64,000 nucleotides of DNA from NCBI GenBank assembly GCA_002189035.1, contig CM007989.1:4402001-4466000 (forward strand), given 5' to 3'. The notes beneath the pieces were generated by a model. That model worked only from the letters and a program-made list of their open reading frames with translations. It was not told the DNA's origin and made no database searches. Both the position numbers and the translations under genes were made by a program. This DNA is from Utricularia gibba. Taxonomy: Eukaryota > Plantae > Magnoliophyta. Below are positions 27,954-40,566 of the stretch, in pieces. The number at the start of each line of letters is the position of its first letter. Within the stretch, counting starts at the first letter, position 1.

Positions 27954-28000
27954 TATCAAATTCTAAGAATCATCGATTCGGTGATTCTTAGAATTTGATA
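27954..28000. repeat. Perfect 19-bp inverted repeat (hairpin)
   Basis: TATCAAATTCTAAGAATCA - TCGATTCGG - TGATTCTTAGAATTTGATA. Confidence 0.9.
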
Positions 28001-28589
28001 ATATCATTTTTTATTTTAATTAATTTAAGTATTCTAAAACAAAATATATTAAATCTATAAAAATTATATACAAATTTTGTGATTTTTCTCTTGAATACAA
28101 AATATTAAGATATTTTTTTTATAATTGGTAAATGATATTAGATTTTTATAATAAAATACATTGTCATGATGTTAGTTTTGAAATAAATTATTAAGTATTG
28201 AATCAAGTTACTATAACAAAATTTTAAAATTGCATATACAAAAACTAAAAGTACAAATTATTATTTATTTTCAAACAAAAATGACATGTTTGTTATTTGA
28301 TATATATTTGTGAATGGATTGTCAGTGAAATTAAAATTGAGGTTTTTAAAATGATTTACAAAATAGAATTCGTAATATAAATGAGGTTTTGATTTTTCTG
28401 ATATAATTAATTCATTTCAGTAATAAAAGTTAAAATTTAATACCAAAAATAGAGATATTTTGAAAAATATCGTACCTAATTCAGTTGGGTCGCCCCGACC
28501 CGAGACGTAAAATCAAATTTTATTAATGGCCCGACTGAAAGGGCCCAAAGACAAGTATGAGGTGAGATTTGATCGTTCAGAGCTCTCCG

Positions 28590-30938
28590 ATGAGAATGAA
28601 GGGCGCTCTCAGCGCCAGGGGATCTGCTCCAGTGCCCATAAGCGTGGCGCTGCGTCCTTCCCTTCGCGAAGCTAAACTGAGATTTCTGGTACCCAATTTT
28701 TTTTTTTTTTGGTTTGTTTTCGGTTAACTTTGATTAGAACCAAGGTATTGTGTGTGAACAGCGGTTTAGCCACTCAAGTTCAGGGATACAACATGGGAAG
28801 AACTGTCTGCGGATAACGAAAGCTTGCGTTTTGCCTGAAAATGGGCCGCTCAGTGGGTTCGATAATGCGCCCCGGAACGTTTTTTTAGAGGAGGTTTCTG
28901 CTGTCCTTTCGTTTTTGTGTGTGCATGTATGATCACGAAAGAGATGGAATGATTTATTCTTTTTGTGATTTTCGGTCACAAATGAAACTGGCACTCGAGT
29001 TTCCTTGGCCCTTTGCGGTATTTTTGAGTTATTCTGAAAATGCTAAAAAAAAGGGTTCGGACGATGCCATCTTTGGAGTTAATTCCTTGGTTTTCCGAGC
29101 AGGCAATTGGTGCAGAATATGGAGAGGGGTTTGAGACATTTCGGCCCGAAGGACCCTTAAAGTTGATGTGGTAAGCTTCAAGATGACCCCAAAAAGTTGT
29201 GTTTTTTAAATCATTTAATATTTCTTGAAATTAATTTTGGTTTTGCTGCCCCTGCAGGACTTTTTAAATGATAGGTTGCAAGAAGGATTTCTTCAGAGAA
29301 TTCGTTACGCCATGAAGCCTGACGAAGCCTATGGCCTCATATTCTCTTGGGAAAATGTTGTGGTGGGTGATTGAGTTGTATTGCGATTTCTCCCGCTGAT
29401 ATAAAGTACGCCAATTGTACAGACTCCTAACCAGGGAATATTATGTCATTGTTCAACAGGCAGACACTCGATCGCTGAAGTTGTCTGCATGGGAACAGCT
29501 TGCTTTGGAAAGTGGTATGCACATTTTGTTCCCATAGAGCATTTTTTGCGGAATGCTTCAAGGGTGATTCTTACCACGCAGAGTGGTTGGAAAGCTCCTC
29601 ATCATCTATAGATATTAGTTGGGATTCATCACCATTTACTGATGCGATTGTTGAGCACTTCCCCATAAAAATAATGCATTTTATTTATCATGCAGGAAAG
29701 TTGATTCCTGGAGATGTCAATGTGCAAAAATATTTGCTTCATGCAGATGTAGATCACGTCCTGAAAGAGGTACATGACGGTGCTATTTTTCTATGTTTAG
29801 CATCATCCATATATAGTGCCCGTGTTGTGGATCTTGGTTTAATGGTATTCCACTCGTACGTGTGAACGTTGAAGTCCTTGCCACTGAACTACTTTATGTT
29901 CGCTTCAGGTATTGCCTTGGGGAATTGGTGAGGATGATTTAACTGAATTGAAGTGCCGGCTTTCCCAAATATATCATGAAATGCTTCTCAATGTAACGTT
30001 CAAATCTCCATCTTTTAGTTTATTTTTTTCATTGAAGTACTAATTTATTGATACTTCTCAGCTTTCGGAACCAACGGAAGGATTAAAAGACTGGTTAGAA
30101 GCTGTAACCACTTCTCGCATCCCTTGTGCTGTCGTGTCAAGTTTTGAAAGAAAACACATGGTTGGCACTCTGGAACGCATGGGACTCAAAAAGTTTTTCC
30201 AGGTCATATCTTGGATGCCAATTTCCTATCACATTGTTCATGTGATCAAAGTTGACAAGAGATAAAACCTCTACGAAAAATTATTATTATTTTTATATTT
30301 GGTCATGCAGGCAATTGTCTCTGAGGAAGATGGTATGGAGTCCATAGCCCATAGGTTGCTTTCTGCAGCTGTGAAGGTTTGTCTAGCTTCATATATTATG
30401 TTTGAGTGGCATATGAAAATAGAAGTGACTTTTGGTTATGGTAGGAAGTATCTCTACTTCTTTTGTGATAGGATGCATATTTCATGCATAGTGTAGCATT
30501 GATATGTTGTCCCTGCACTCGAATAAGCAACCACATCTTGACTCTCCCAAACTTGCATCTCCTGTCACTTGTTTGGCAGCTGGACCGAAAGCCTTCCAAG
30601 TGTGTGGTGTTTGAGGATGACCCTAGAGGAATAACTGCAGCCCACAATTGTACAATGATGGCCGTCGCCTTAATCGGTGCCCATCCCGCGTAAGGATGAC
30701 AAATGTATAGAGCGTAGAGCGTCGTTGTTTTTATGCTGCCATTGTGATGATGCCTTGTTGCCCATGCAGATATCATCTCCGGCAGGCTGATCTCACCCTG
30801 TCGAGCTTCAGGGAGCTTTCGGTGATCAATCTACGCAGATTGTTCGCCGGAAAAGGTTCGGGGTTCATGGAGTTGCAGAAGCAAGTGACGGAGGGCACTC
30901 CGTCAAGGCGGAAGCTCACCATGGACACCATCTTCTAA
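28590..30938 (+). CDS. Plastid-targeted HAD-like hydrolase (At3g10970-like, paralog of the PYRP2 ARPP phosphatase), multi-exon, intact
   Basis: Transit-peptide-like start; AIGAEYGEGFETFR; FLQRIRYAMKPDEAYGLIFSWENVVADTR; LDRKPSKCVVFEDDPRGITAAHNCTMMAVALIGAHPAY; SVINLRRLF. GT-AG junctions checked for exons 1-8. Confidence 0.9.
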
Positions 30939-32569
30939 GCCTTGAATCACCATGGACACCACCTTCTCTTTGACTTGATGCCCTGCGCTGCTTAATATGT
31001 GTCAATGGCGTCGGATCTTCCGCCTTCTTTGGGACGAACATCCTGTGTACAGTCAACAGTGGTTGTCTGATGACGTGATTCTTTTGTAAAATCGTAGAAC
31101 GACGCACGCCGCACTGTCTTAAAATCGATCTCGATCCATTAAACGGTAAATCAATAGTTGAGATTCGACTAATTTAATTGATCAATCTAATTGTATTTTT
31201 ATAATATTATGACCCAATTTCAATTTATTGAATAATGTAATTAGGCTATTTTTTTATATTGAAATTGATTATTAGGTTTGAAGTATAGTTGATTTGTATT
31301 AAAAATACATACATTAAAAAAAATAAAGAATAATAGATATCTTAGTTGGTCACATAAAGGAATAGATATTTTCCTATCCACAATGATTAGTCTCCACCAA
31401 ATTGCCAAGGTCAGGCCCCCAACTAAGCGAATGACATGCATTCATTTTGAGAACATCAAACCAGATTTCATCTTTATATGTCTTGGCCACAGTGAATATC
31501 TGTTTGGTTAAATGGAAGAAAATAGATGAGTTTATTTTTATTTGGTATAAAAAATCCTTTGTTAACTCTTTTTAAGATTATTTTTATTCTTTGTTGCATG
31601 ATTTCAATGGATTGTTTTTTTACATACATATAATTTAATCAACCAATCAAACATACAAACAATATTTAGTTTCCTACCAAAACACTCCATATCAATCCAA
31701 CAAAGCACGTCTATAGTGATTCAAAAAACTTAATATCTTTTCTAGTTATACCACTTGATATGATACATCCCACATTTGGTTGGTGGATAGCGTCTAAACC
31801 TACATTTAATTTATTTGAATTTAAATAAATAGATGGATTTAGAAGATTATTCGTATTTAGTTGATAGATTTAATTTATTTGAATTTAGGATAATGAAGTT
31901 TTGAATGTGAGTATAAAATTAGATATATGATAAATGTATATATGAAATTAGCTATATATTACTTATCAAAAAAATCAATCATTTATGTAATAATGAGTTT
32001 TCCCACTTCCCAATAGACTCCATTTTTTGGTGTGTTCACTTGTTTGGATGTGGGACTGCCACCAGACGAGATCTTCAGCGTTCGATGCATGGGTTAGTTG
32101 TTAATTGTGCATGTTATTTCTTGTGTGAAGTTTCCTACTTAAAATTTTTTTATTTCAGAATCGATTAGTTGGTTTACGTGTTGTATGTTGTCACTGGTTT
32201 CGCTCTCTTCTTCCCCCCTGAAACCCACCACCTAATTTTCCTAACCAAATGTGCCCCCAAAGTTATGCTTCATTTGGTTATGGTTTCTTTATGCACAAAG
32301 TTATTGTAGTTGTCTTCATGATAATACATATTTTGCTAGTTATTTATATAATAAAATTTGGGTGTTTAATAATTACATTAATTATTTTATATATTATTTT
32401 AATAATTTTATAAAATCCATTTTTTTATTTTCCTAATTATTAATAACAATGTATTGAAATACATAAAATCTAATTTACATGCAAAAATTGTTGAAAGTGC
32501 AATATACGAGAAGAATACAAGATGTTCTCTTTCAATCGACCAGAATCTTTAAACTTTTTAGGTTTAAGA

Positions 32570-33031
32570 GATCTTAAGTCCTAACCTTGTGTTGGAAATT
32601 AGTGATCATGATCTAAGTCTTTTAAAAGATGGACTTGGATTGTAATAATATGGTAAAAGAGCAGTCAAACAAGGTTTCTTGATTGATGACTCCTAGAGTC
32701 AATAAAGAATATAAGATGGTTAGAAGAGGAACTCAAAAGTCATTAAGTATAGAATTGTCAAAGGAGTCGAGCCAAAAGTTGCGTGAAATAGAAATAGTGC
32801 CGAAGAAATCAACTTGGGTTGGAGGGGAAGAAAACATGGTGTTGGGGAACCCTAGGATAAATTCAAGCACTTGATCACTTGGTGCTAGAGGAAGGGCAAT
32901 TATACTATCCTATAACAGGTTGAACGGGAAGCGGCTGTGGAGGTTACGGTTCTCCGGCAAATCGTGACCACATCTGGGAGCAGCATCTTGAGGCGTAAAA
33001 AAACACATTCTAGGGATGGAAAGATTGTTGG
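32570..33031 (+). mobile_element. Probable 5' part (LTR, degenerate PBS, gag start) of a CRM-like Gypsy interrupted by the Copia
   Basis: TG...CA block about 32570-32878 followed by TTGGTGCTAGAG (PBS-like). It joins the gag at 39752 across the Copia TSD. Boundaries are uncertain. Confidence 0.4.
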
Positions 33032-33258
33032 TGTTCAAAGGTCGAGCAAATCTTGGGTGTAGAACGAATGCGAAGGCAACTAAAGAAAAACAATATATTC
33101 GTAATGAACTAGAACAATAGAGTAGTAGGGTACCCAGCTGTTTTATAGTTGGGTTCAATCTCGTGCTTGATGGTTAGAACTATCAAGTACAACTTACATG
33201 CTGGCACATACAATTAGTGAGATAGAGCAGTGCTTGACTTGTTATCAGTTTCTGAACA
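33032..33258 (-). repeat. Copia 3' LTR (227 bp)
   Basis: Ends TGTTC...GAACA. About 24 substitutions against the other LTR by eye (about 10%), mostly transitions. Confidence 0.93.
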
Positions 33259-33273
33259 TTTTACCTCCCTTTC
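33259..33273 (-). other. Polypurine tract of the Copia
   Basis: GAAAGGGAGGTAAAA on the minus strand, directly before the 3' LTR. Confidence 0.75.
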
Positions 33274-34542
33274 TGAAATCCATGAAGGTCCAACACCGTT
33301 GGAGGCTGAGCCCAATGGTAGAACGATGTTGGGGGAGGACTCAACCCAAGTTTTTCCATAATGGAAATGGAGATATGTTGAGAGACTTGGTAAAAACATC
33401 TGCGAGGTGTTGCTGAGATGATATGGGACGCAGCACCAAAAACCTCGTTTGTACTGATCTCGGACTATATGGCAGTCAATCTCTATATGTTTGGTTCGCT
33501 CATGAAAGATTGGATTGAAGGTAATGTAAATGGCAGACTTACTATCACAGTATAAGGAGATCGAAGTCACCATAAGGAGTCGCAAGTCCTTCAATTGGAG
33601 TCGCAGTAACCAAAAGGCTCCAAAGGCCGATTTACAAGATAGAAAAGATCGTGAGAAGCTGTGCGGGATAAGTACACCACAAACTGCAACCCAATTTCCA
33701 GGTGTGCTTCTGAGGGGTTTTGCATAAACTGTGAGAGCTGTTGAACGGGAAAAGCAATGTCTGGATGTGTAAAACTGAGGTATAATAACCGACCAATCAA
33801 GGCACGATAGGCATCTGAATTGGGAAAAGAAGGGCTGGTATCGGGGAATATGAAATTATGAGGGAGAGGCACAAGGATCTCTTGATTCCCAAAGTCATTC
33901 CCACCAAGAATCTGCACGATGTCCATCGTATACTTATGCTGCAAAAGTTGCAGCCTGTCACCTTTGCAAATGAGCTCAACACCAAGAAAATAGGTGGCTG
34001 GACCAATATCCTTAATAGTAAATTTCTGATGGAGCTGCTGCTTTAGCTCATTAATCGCCGCAAGGTCGGGACCGACAATTAAAATGTCATCCACATAAAT
34101 CACTTTAAGAAGCTGTTTGAAAAGCCTTGGAAAAACATGCAAGGGTCAGCAAGCGACTTAACCAAATCGAGAGAACATAGAAAACGGGTCAGCTCCAAGT
34201 TCCACTGTCAGGAGGCTTGTTTGAGCTCGTAAAGCAATCACTGCAGCTTGCAGACTAGGCCATTCTCAACCAAGAAAACATGTAAAAAAGCATTGTTAAT
34301 GTTAACCTGATGAATGAACCAGTTCTGTTGTGCGCTAAGAGTCAACAAAATGCGGACGGTGGTAACTTTGGTGATGGGTGCAAACTGGTCCGTAAAATCA
34401 ATCCGTTCAACCTATGTGTAAGTCGTACTTTATACCATACAATAGAGCCATTGATATTTCTCTTATCTTGTAAACCCACTTGCAATAGAGGCAAAGGAAC
34501 TAATGTTCATGTGCGGTTTTGGAGAAGCGCCTATAACTCCAT

Positions 34543-35797
34543 TGTTGCGTGTCGTTTTCTCAATAAATTTTAAATATATAAAACGTAAAACACCAAAAAG
34601 CGTAGTACGAGTATCGATCTCAAGGAGTTGTTTTCGTGAAAAGTGTTTTGTAAGAAACTTCTACAAAATGTCACGGTTTTGTAAAAGGGGGTTTGTGAAA
34701 TGCAGAAATGAAAAATACAACATAAGTGATGGGTCTTGACTATGGGATGTAGTTCTTGGGAATGAGATTCTGTCTCTTTCCTTTGTCCATCCTTGCCTTG
34801 GTTTTTACTGATTTTTTCCGAATAGCTGGTTATAGGAGCAATGAATAGCCTACTCTCCCTTACACTCTGATTGATAAGAATCATGTGATTCCCCCTTGGA
34901 CGATTAAGAAGACAAGAGGATTGCCTTCAAAACCGAATTGCGTGCGTGTGCCCAGCTGTTACCAATGGCCAATGGCAGGTCCGAGATCACAACCTGTCCA
35001 CTGTCACGGTACCTAGGCCACAAACAATCCGCTACTTCCCTCGAACCGGTAGGGTTAAAGTTGGTGCTCTTCACCTTGATCTTCACCAAAATCCACGAGG
35101 AGTGGTCTGTTGCTTATGGGCCTTGACTAGGAGTCATTACAGAAAGACTGCAATAAGATGCATGAAAGTATGTAGAATCTGAAATGAATTCAACGAAGAA
35201 CCGAGTGTATTGGTCAAGACTTTGAAGGAAACTTTATCTTTTTTCAGAAACTAAAGGGTTTTAGTCACAAAGTGCCATGAAAACAGAAACAAAATTGGAA
35301 GCTAAGTGTTCTTCCTCAGAGTTCTAAGTCTCGAAATAAAGTGTCCAGTGTCCGAAACTAAGTGCTCTAAGTGGCTTTTATATCACTCCCCATGTGCATT
35401 AACTCCTTTGGGTACCCTTCCCATCATTCCTTCTGTCTTGCGTGCGCCAGCAGCTTTCTTTTGCGTGCAAGTTAGCGCACAATCATTGTTGCAGATTCTG
35501 ACATATCGTAAGTCAGGGGCCTTAACCAGTGTCAGTCTTCTACCCACAATTGTTTCAAGTCGCATATAAGGCACGAAAATCAGAGTTTGACCTCCTGCAA
35601 TACTCTTGCACACTCCATGATAGTGTCCTGACATGTCTCTGTTTAAATGCACGAAAAAAGGCAGAAAATATATACAAAATTGGAAAATAGGATTTTTCTA
35701 AGGAAAATCAATTACTTATCAATATAATTCATAATTGGGACTTAATAAATTCACACATAATAATACCTAATTATAAACTAGAAAATAACACTTAACA
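34543..35797. mobile_element. Solo LTR (1255 bp, Athila/Tat-like) inserted in the Copia pol
   Basis: Ends TGTTG...TAACA with perfect TSD TCCAT (34538-42 and 35798-802). Removing it rejoins Copia coding sequence. Confidence 0.85.
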
Positions 35798-36114
35798 TCC
35801 ATCCTCCCATACGGGAACTCCCTTGGCCTGCACATAGGAAGAAGATTCATCAATCATAAAAACGGGTTCAGAAGAAAAATCCTCAACAGTCCGAATATGG
35901 AGCGCAACATAATCCTGCATCTAGCGAGGAGGATTAATAACTCGGGAACTGTGCCACCACCCCACCACCACATCAGATGCTGAATGGGAACGTGGAAGGG
36001 AACCCAAGGCAAGAGAATCAACATCCTCTAGAGTAGAACTTTCATGCAAATCACTCCAATTCACAGCAAACTCAAGGGGACACGAAAACTAAGACTTTCA
36101 TGGAAGTTCAGTTC

Positions 36115-37026
36115 AGTTGGGAGATTGAGCATTCACTTTCCTAGTTTTAGTTCAGACTTTTTTTTATCTCTCTAGAGGATTTTCCTCTAGCTTCTCTCTA
36201 TAACCTTGTCTTCATTTACTTAGTTTGTATGATTGGCTAGAAACTCCCGTTTCTGGGTTGAGAGACTCTCAGATCAATATTTCGTTAGTTGATCTTCATT
36301 TCTTCTTTGAATCCGAACGGGTTCTGTATGTCTTCATGCGACTATGTTACAGTCTTTCTGTAGCAGTCCCCTTATCCAAGATTCATGGTTAGCTGATCGA
36401 GTTTTGAAAAGGAGCAAGCTGCAAAGAACCAAGTCATGCTCTTTTTGCGGGAGGAATACAACGTTTTTTCTTTAACTGTACCTCAGGATCAATGGACATA
36501 TGGTGACCTCGTATTTGGACTCATTGGATCATTGGTAACACTTGGGCACACGTGCGCAATTCGACCGTGAGGGTACGATGACATAACCTCTCATCTTCAC
36601 GTTCATCCAAGGAGGAGCAACATCGGGCTATTCTCATGTCTTCTTGCAAAAGAGTGTAAGGGTGGATAGACAATTTCTTACTCATATAACCGAGTACTCA
36701 AAAAGATTAGAGAAGAGTGAATACACGATGAACGTAGCTAGGTAGGATTTTAATCCCACGAACATTCGCTTTATTTAAGATTAATCGCTTAATTTTATTT
36801 CCTGTTATTTATTTACAACCCTCCCTTACTTCATTACTCAAGCTTCATCACTTACGTTTCTTGCACATTTTACTCTACAAAACCGTTTACGAATCGCGAC
36901 AGTTGTATTTGACGTAACTTCACCTTTTATTGAAAACAACTCCCTGTGTTCGACACCCATACTATGCATTTGTGTTTTACAGGTTTTAAAAATATTTAAA
37001 ATTTATTATGCAAACGACATGCATCA
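36115..37026. mobile_element. Truncated LTR of a related Athila-like family, opposite orientation to the 34543 LTR
   Basis: The reverse complement of the 37026 end (TGATGCATGTCGTTTGCATAATAAATTTTAAATAT...GGAGTTGTTTTC) aligns with the start of the 34543 LTR. Inserted right after Copia integrase LGY. The other end and the TSD are lost. Confidence 0.72.
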
Positions 37027-39514
37027 GGTAACCTAGCATGCCCACGGGGCTAACTTATCAGCTGGTGGATATGATAGATCTGCAAAACACACACAAACGA
37101 ATACTTTCAAATGATCCACAACCAGAGGTTTCCCCATAAACCTAGCAAATGGAGAATCCTATTGTAACATGGCAGTGGGGAGATGATTGATCAAATGGGT
37201 AGTAGCCAAAACTGCATCACTCCAAAAAACCTTCGGTAGCCCAGATTGGAACATAAGAGCATGGGTATCTTCGAAAAGGTGTTTATGTTTTAGTTCCACT
37301 CTACCATTCTGCTGAGCACGATTGGTGCAAGTGTACTGATGTAAAATCCCTTGGCTCAAGCAAAACTGATGCATCTGCGCACTAAGAAACTCACCTCCCT
37401 TGTCATTGTAGATTTGTTTCACGTCGCCCCAAACTACTTGTGGAATAAATGAAGCAACCTAGCAATGTGATCAACAGCCTCAGACTTGCATTTCAATAGA
37501 ATTGTCCATGTGCTCCATGTGTGGTCATCAAGAATGGTTAAAAAATACCATGTCTCATGAATTGTTTCAACCTTGTATGGTCCCCAAAGATTTCAATGGA
37601 AAAATAAAAATTTATCTGGAGAGAAGAAAGGCCTCTGGAATCGAGAGAATTCGTAGATTTCACAGGGGTGACCCTGAAGTCGACAAGAAATAGGCATGTG
37701 GGCTGCCTTTGAGTCTGATATATGACCCAATCGACAATGCCAAAGCAAAGATGCATCAAAGGGTAAAACTGAACCACAAAACAAGGCAGATTTAGTCCAC
37801 AAGACATAAAAAAAAAAGGAAAACGACCTAAGGAAGCATCAGCATGTCGTAGCAAAGCCTTGGTAGTGGCTGCTTGAAAATGAGGTAACCAAGACCTGTT
37901 CGACGTAAAGACCATCACGTACATGTCCCATGGCGAACACCCTACTGGAAACTTGGCCTTGTAGAACCTAGCCAGTGTCAAACAAACAAAAAGGGATCTT
38001 CATGTCATTGGTCAAGCGATGCATAGATAGAAAATTAAATTTGAAGAAGGGAACATAAAGAGTGTGTTGAAGTGTCATATCATCTTGAAAGCGCACTATC
38101 CTAACACTTATTACACTAGTCATAGAACCATCAGGCAGCGAGATCGTAGCATTCCCAATATTCTATACCAATTGAAGTTGATGCATGGTATAGCAAACAT
38201 GGGTGATAGCACCCGAGTCGATGATCCACTCCCAAGGTTTGCAAACGAAAGTATCAATCACCCGACTACTCATGAACAGCTCAATGGGAATTATACCTAC
38301 AAAATGCATTTGGCTCATATTAGCATGCTACGGGGAAGAGCCATGAATCATAGGGGCAGATGTGTGCCCTGAGGAGCATAGTTTTCAAACTTTTAATTGC
38401 AAGGTCTGAAGCTCTTGTTGCAAGGAGTGGATGGTGGTCTCTGATGAATTTGCAGTCGAGGTGGAGTGAACTTCATCAATTGGGGTGTCAGCGTGCGTCA
38501 TCTGACAAGAATAATGAGCACTATATCCTAGAGCACGAGCAGCCTTAGCCTCTCCCCTAGTAGATTGACCAGTGTGCTTCACATTTGGTTCCCATTTCTT
38601 CCACCAAGAAGGATAGTTACCAGTGAGAATAAAACAGGTTTTGCGAGTGTGTCCCTACTTCTTGCAGTGATCACAAAAACGATTGTCATGTTTCTTAGCA
38701 TTACCGGTGAATGAATTATTAGAAGAAGGTTGACAAGCGACATTGGCATCAGGAAAGAGAGTATTTATAGCAGCATGAAGAAAAGTATCAACAGAGCTTC
38801 GTTTTTCCTACTCCACATTGAGAAGGATAGAGTAGGACTCATCTACGCTGAGTCCATCCATCTACGCTGAGTCTATCCATCACAAGTATCTGGTTCTTAA
38901 TCTAATCATATCGGTCATTTAATCCCCACAAGAACTGTGTCAATTTAATAGGAGCAAAAATAGTGACAGTAGGAACAATCACAGAACACTTTCTACATGT
39001 TATGTCAGATGTAACTGTCTCCAAATCCTTCCATAGTCTTCTAAGCTTCGTGTAATACTCAGCTAGGAATAGACTACCCTGTTTTAGGTGATAGAGATCA
39101 TGTTGTATCTGGTAGAATTGACAATGATTCAATCTACCATGGTGATTTTGAAGAGAAGTCCATAGATCATGTGAACTTGATGTATTATTGAAGCTAGAAA
39201 CTAGTCCTTTTGAAATTGAGTTTAATAACCAAGACATTACCATGTAATCGTTGTGAATCCAGAGATTATACGTCGGATCGGTGATCAGAGGGGCAACGAA
39301 TTTCACCATCAATGAAGGTAAGTTCGTTCTTCGAGCCTAACACCAAACGAATGTTTCGGCACCATTCAAAGTAGTTTAGCATGGTTAGAGGAGAGTTTAC
39401 CAAAGCCATGTTAGGATGATCGGTACCGCTCAACATCAACGGATCCGATCAGTCAATAAAAAACGTATCGGCACCGAAAACCGATGGTGCAGGTTCTCCA
39501 GAAGTCGCATTCAT

Positions 39515-39524
39515 GTCCGCACCA
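39515..39524 (-). other. Primer binding site of the Copia, non-Met type
   Basis: TGGTGCGGAC directly after the 5' LTR on the minus strand. Confidence 0.6.
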
Positions 39525-39751
39525 TGTTCGAAGGTCGAGCAAATCTTGGGTGTAGAAAGAATGCGAAGGTAACTAAAGAAAAACAATCCATTCGTAATGA
39601 ACTAGAACAACAGAGTAGTAAGGAACCCAGCTATTTTATAGCTGGTTTTAGTCTCGTGCTTGACGATTAGAACTATCAAGTACAACTCAGATGCGAGCAC
39701 ATACAATTAGCGAGACAGAGCAGCGCTTAACTTGTTATTAGTTTCTGAACA
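39525..39751 (-). repeat. Copia 5' LTR (227 bp)
   Basis: Ends TGTTC...GAACA; direct repeat of 33032-33258. Confidence 0.93.
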
Positions 39752-40260
39752 GTTAGGACAACCGACTCCTCACTACCCAACATCAATAGGGGCTCGCATG
39801 AGGACAGAACCAAATTCTCCTGACTCTCTCAAGTTTAGCTCAGTTGATGTGGGAAAAAAACAAGATGGATGCTAAAGTTTGATGACTAATGACATAGGTC
39901 GCTGGGAATTCAGGTTTAAAATTGAGATTCCGGAGTTTCATAGAAGCCTTTAGGCAGAAGAGTTTTTGGATTGGTTGACAACAGTAGAAGAGGCATTAAA
40001 ATTTAAGAATGTACCAAATGAGCAAAGAATAGCTCTTGTTGCCACCAGATTCCGAGGATGTGCTTTAGCATGGTTGCAGCTCAAAATTTTCCGAACTCGT
40101 ATAGGGAAACAAAAAAATCCAGTCTTGGGGTAAGTTGAAAAAGCATATATGGGCTACTCGGTTACCATATAATTATCAATGTATTGTATTTCAATAACTA
40201 TTATCTTTGAAACAAGGAACGAGATCCGTTGACGAACATACCAAAGATTTTGGTATATTC
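39752..40260 (+). mobile_element. Degenerate CRM/chromovirus-type Gypsy gag fragment
   Basis: RWEFRFKIEIPEFHRSL*AEEFLDWLTTVEEALKFKNVPNEQRIALVATRFRGCALAW...LSLKQGTRSVDEHTKDF matches the Retrotrans_gag pattern IPEF.G....EEFLDW...VE...SWEKLK...QG..SV.EY. Confidence 0.82.
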
Positions 40261-40566
40261 GCACAAGTCATGGTTGTGAAATTTGCATCTTCACTATGGA
40301 GAACTTGGTTATTTGATTTTTTTCACCAATGAGGTGAAAAAGAATCAAAACAAGGAAAGCATAAAAAATAACAATGACTCCATGTGTATCTATTTTTTGC
40401 TTAATACTATATAATTTTGACATTTGATTGCATTTTTCAGTGAAATAAAGTCTTTTCATGATTTTTTTTGAATATTTTAATTAAATCGTGAAATGAGGTT
40501 TATATTAAAAAATATCAGCTAATCATATATTTGATAATAAATGAAATATAATACTATAAAATAAAT

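Larger units (their letters stand above)
33032..39751 (-). mobile_element. Degenerate Ty1/Copia LTR retrotransposon (gag-PR-INT-RT-RH) with both LTRs
   Basis: gag MVMSWLLNSISK; zinc knuckle CDHCKK.GHTRKTC; protease WIIDSGA; integrase DKGGEFLS...QQNGRVELKHKHL; RT NNAFLH and VIYVDDILI; RNase H CDSKSAI...[20 protein letters not shown] (33027-31) / GTTAG (39752-56). Confidence 0.93.

Noticed and set aside
32045-32055. snRNA USE-like motif GTCCCACATCC on the minus strand
   Set aside because: No correctly spaced TATA box and no U-snRNA sequence downstream.
34306-37028. Apparent single element with TIR CCTGATG/CATCAGG and TAA TSD (or TGATG...CATCA ends)
   Set aside because: 34308-34542 and 35803-36110 translate as Copia pol (FAPITKVTTVRILL...FIHQ; PPR.MQDYV), and GGTAACC is the integrase LGY codons. 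The left boundary is a coincidence.
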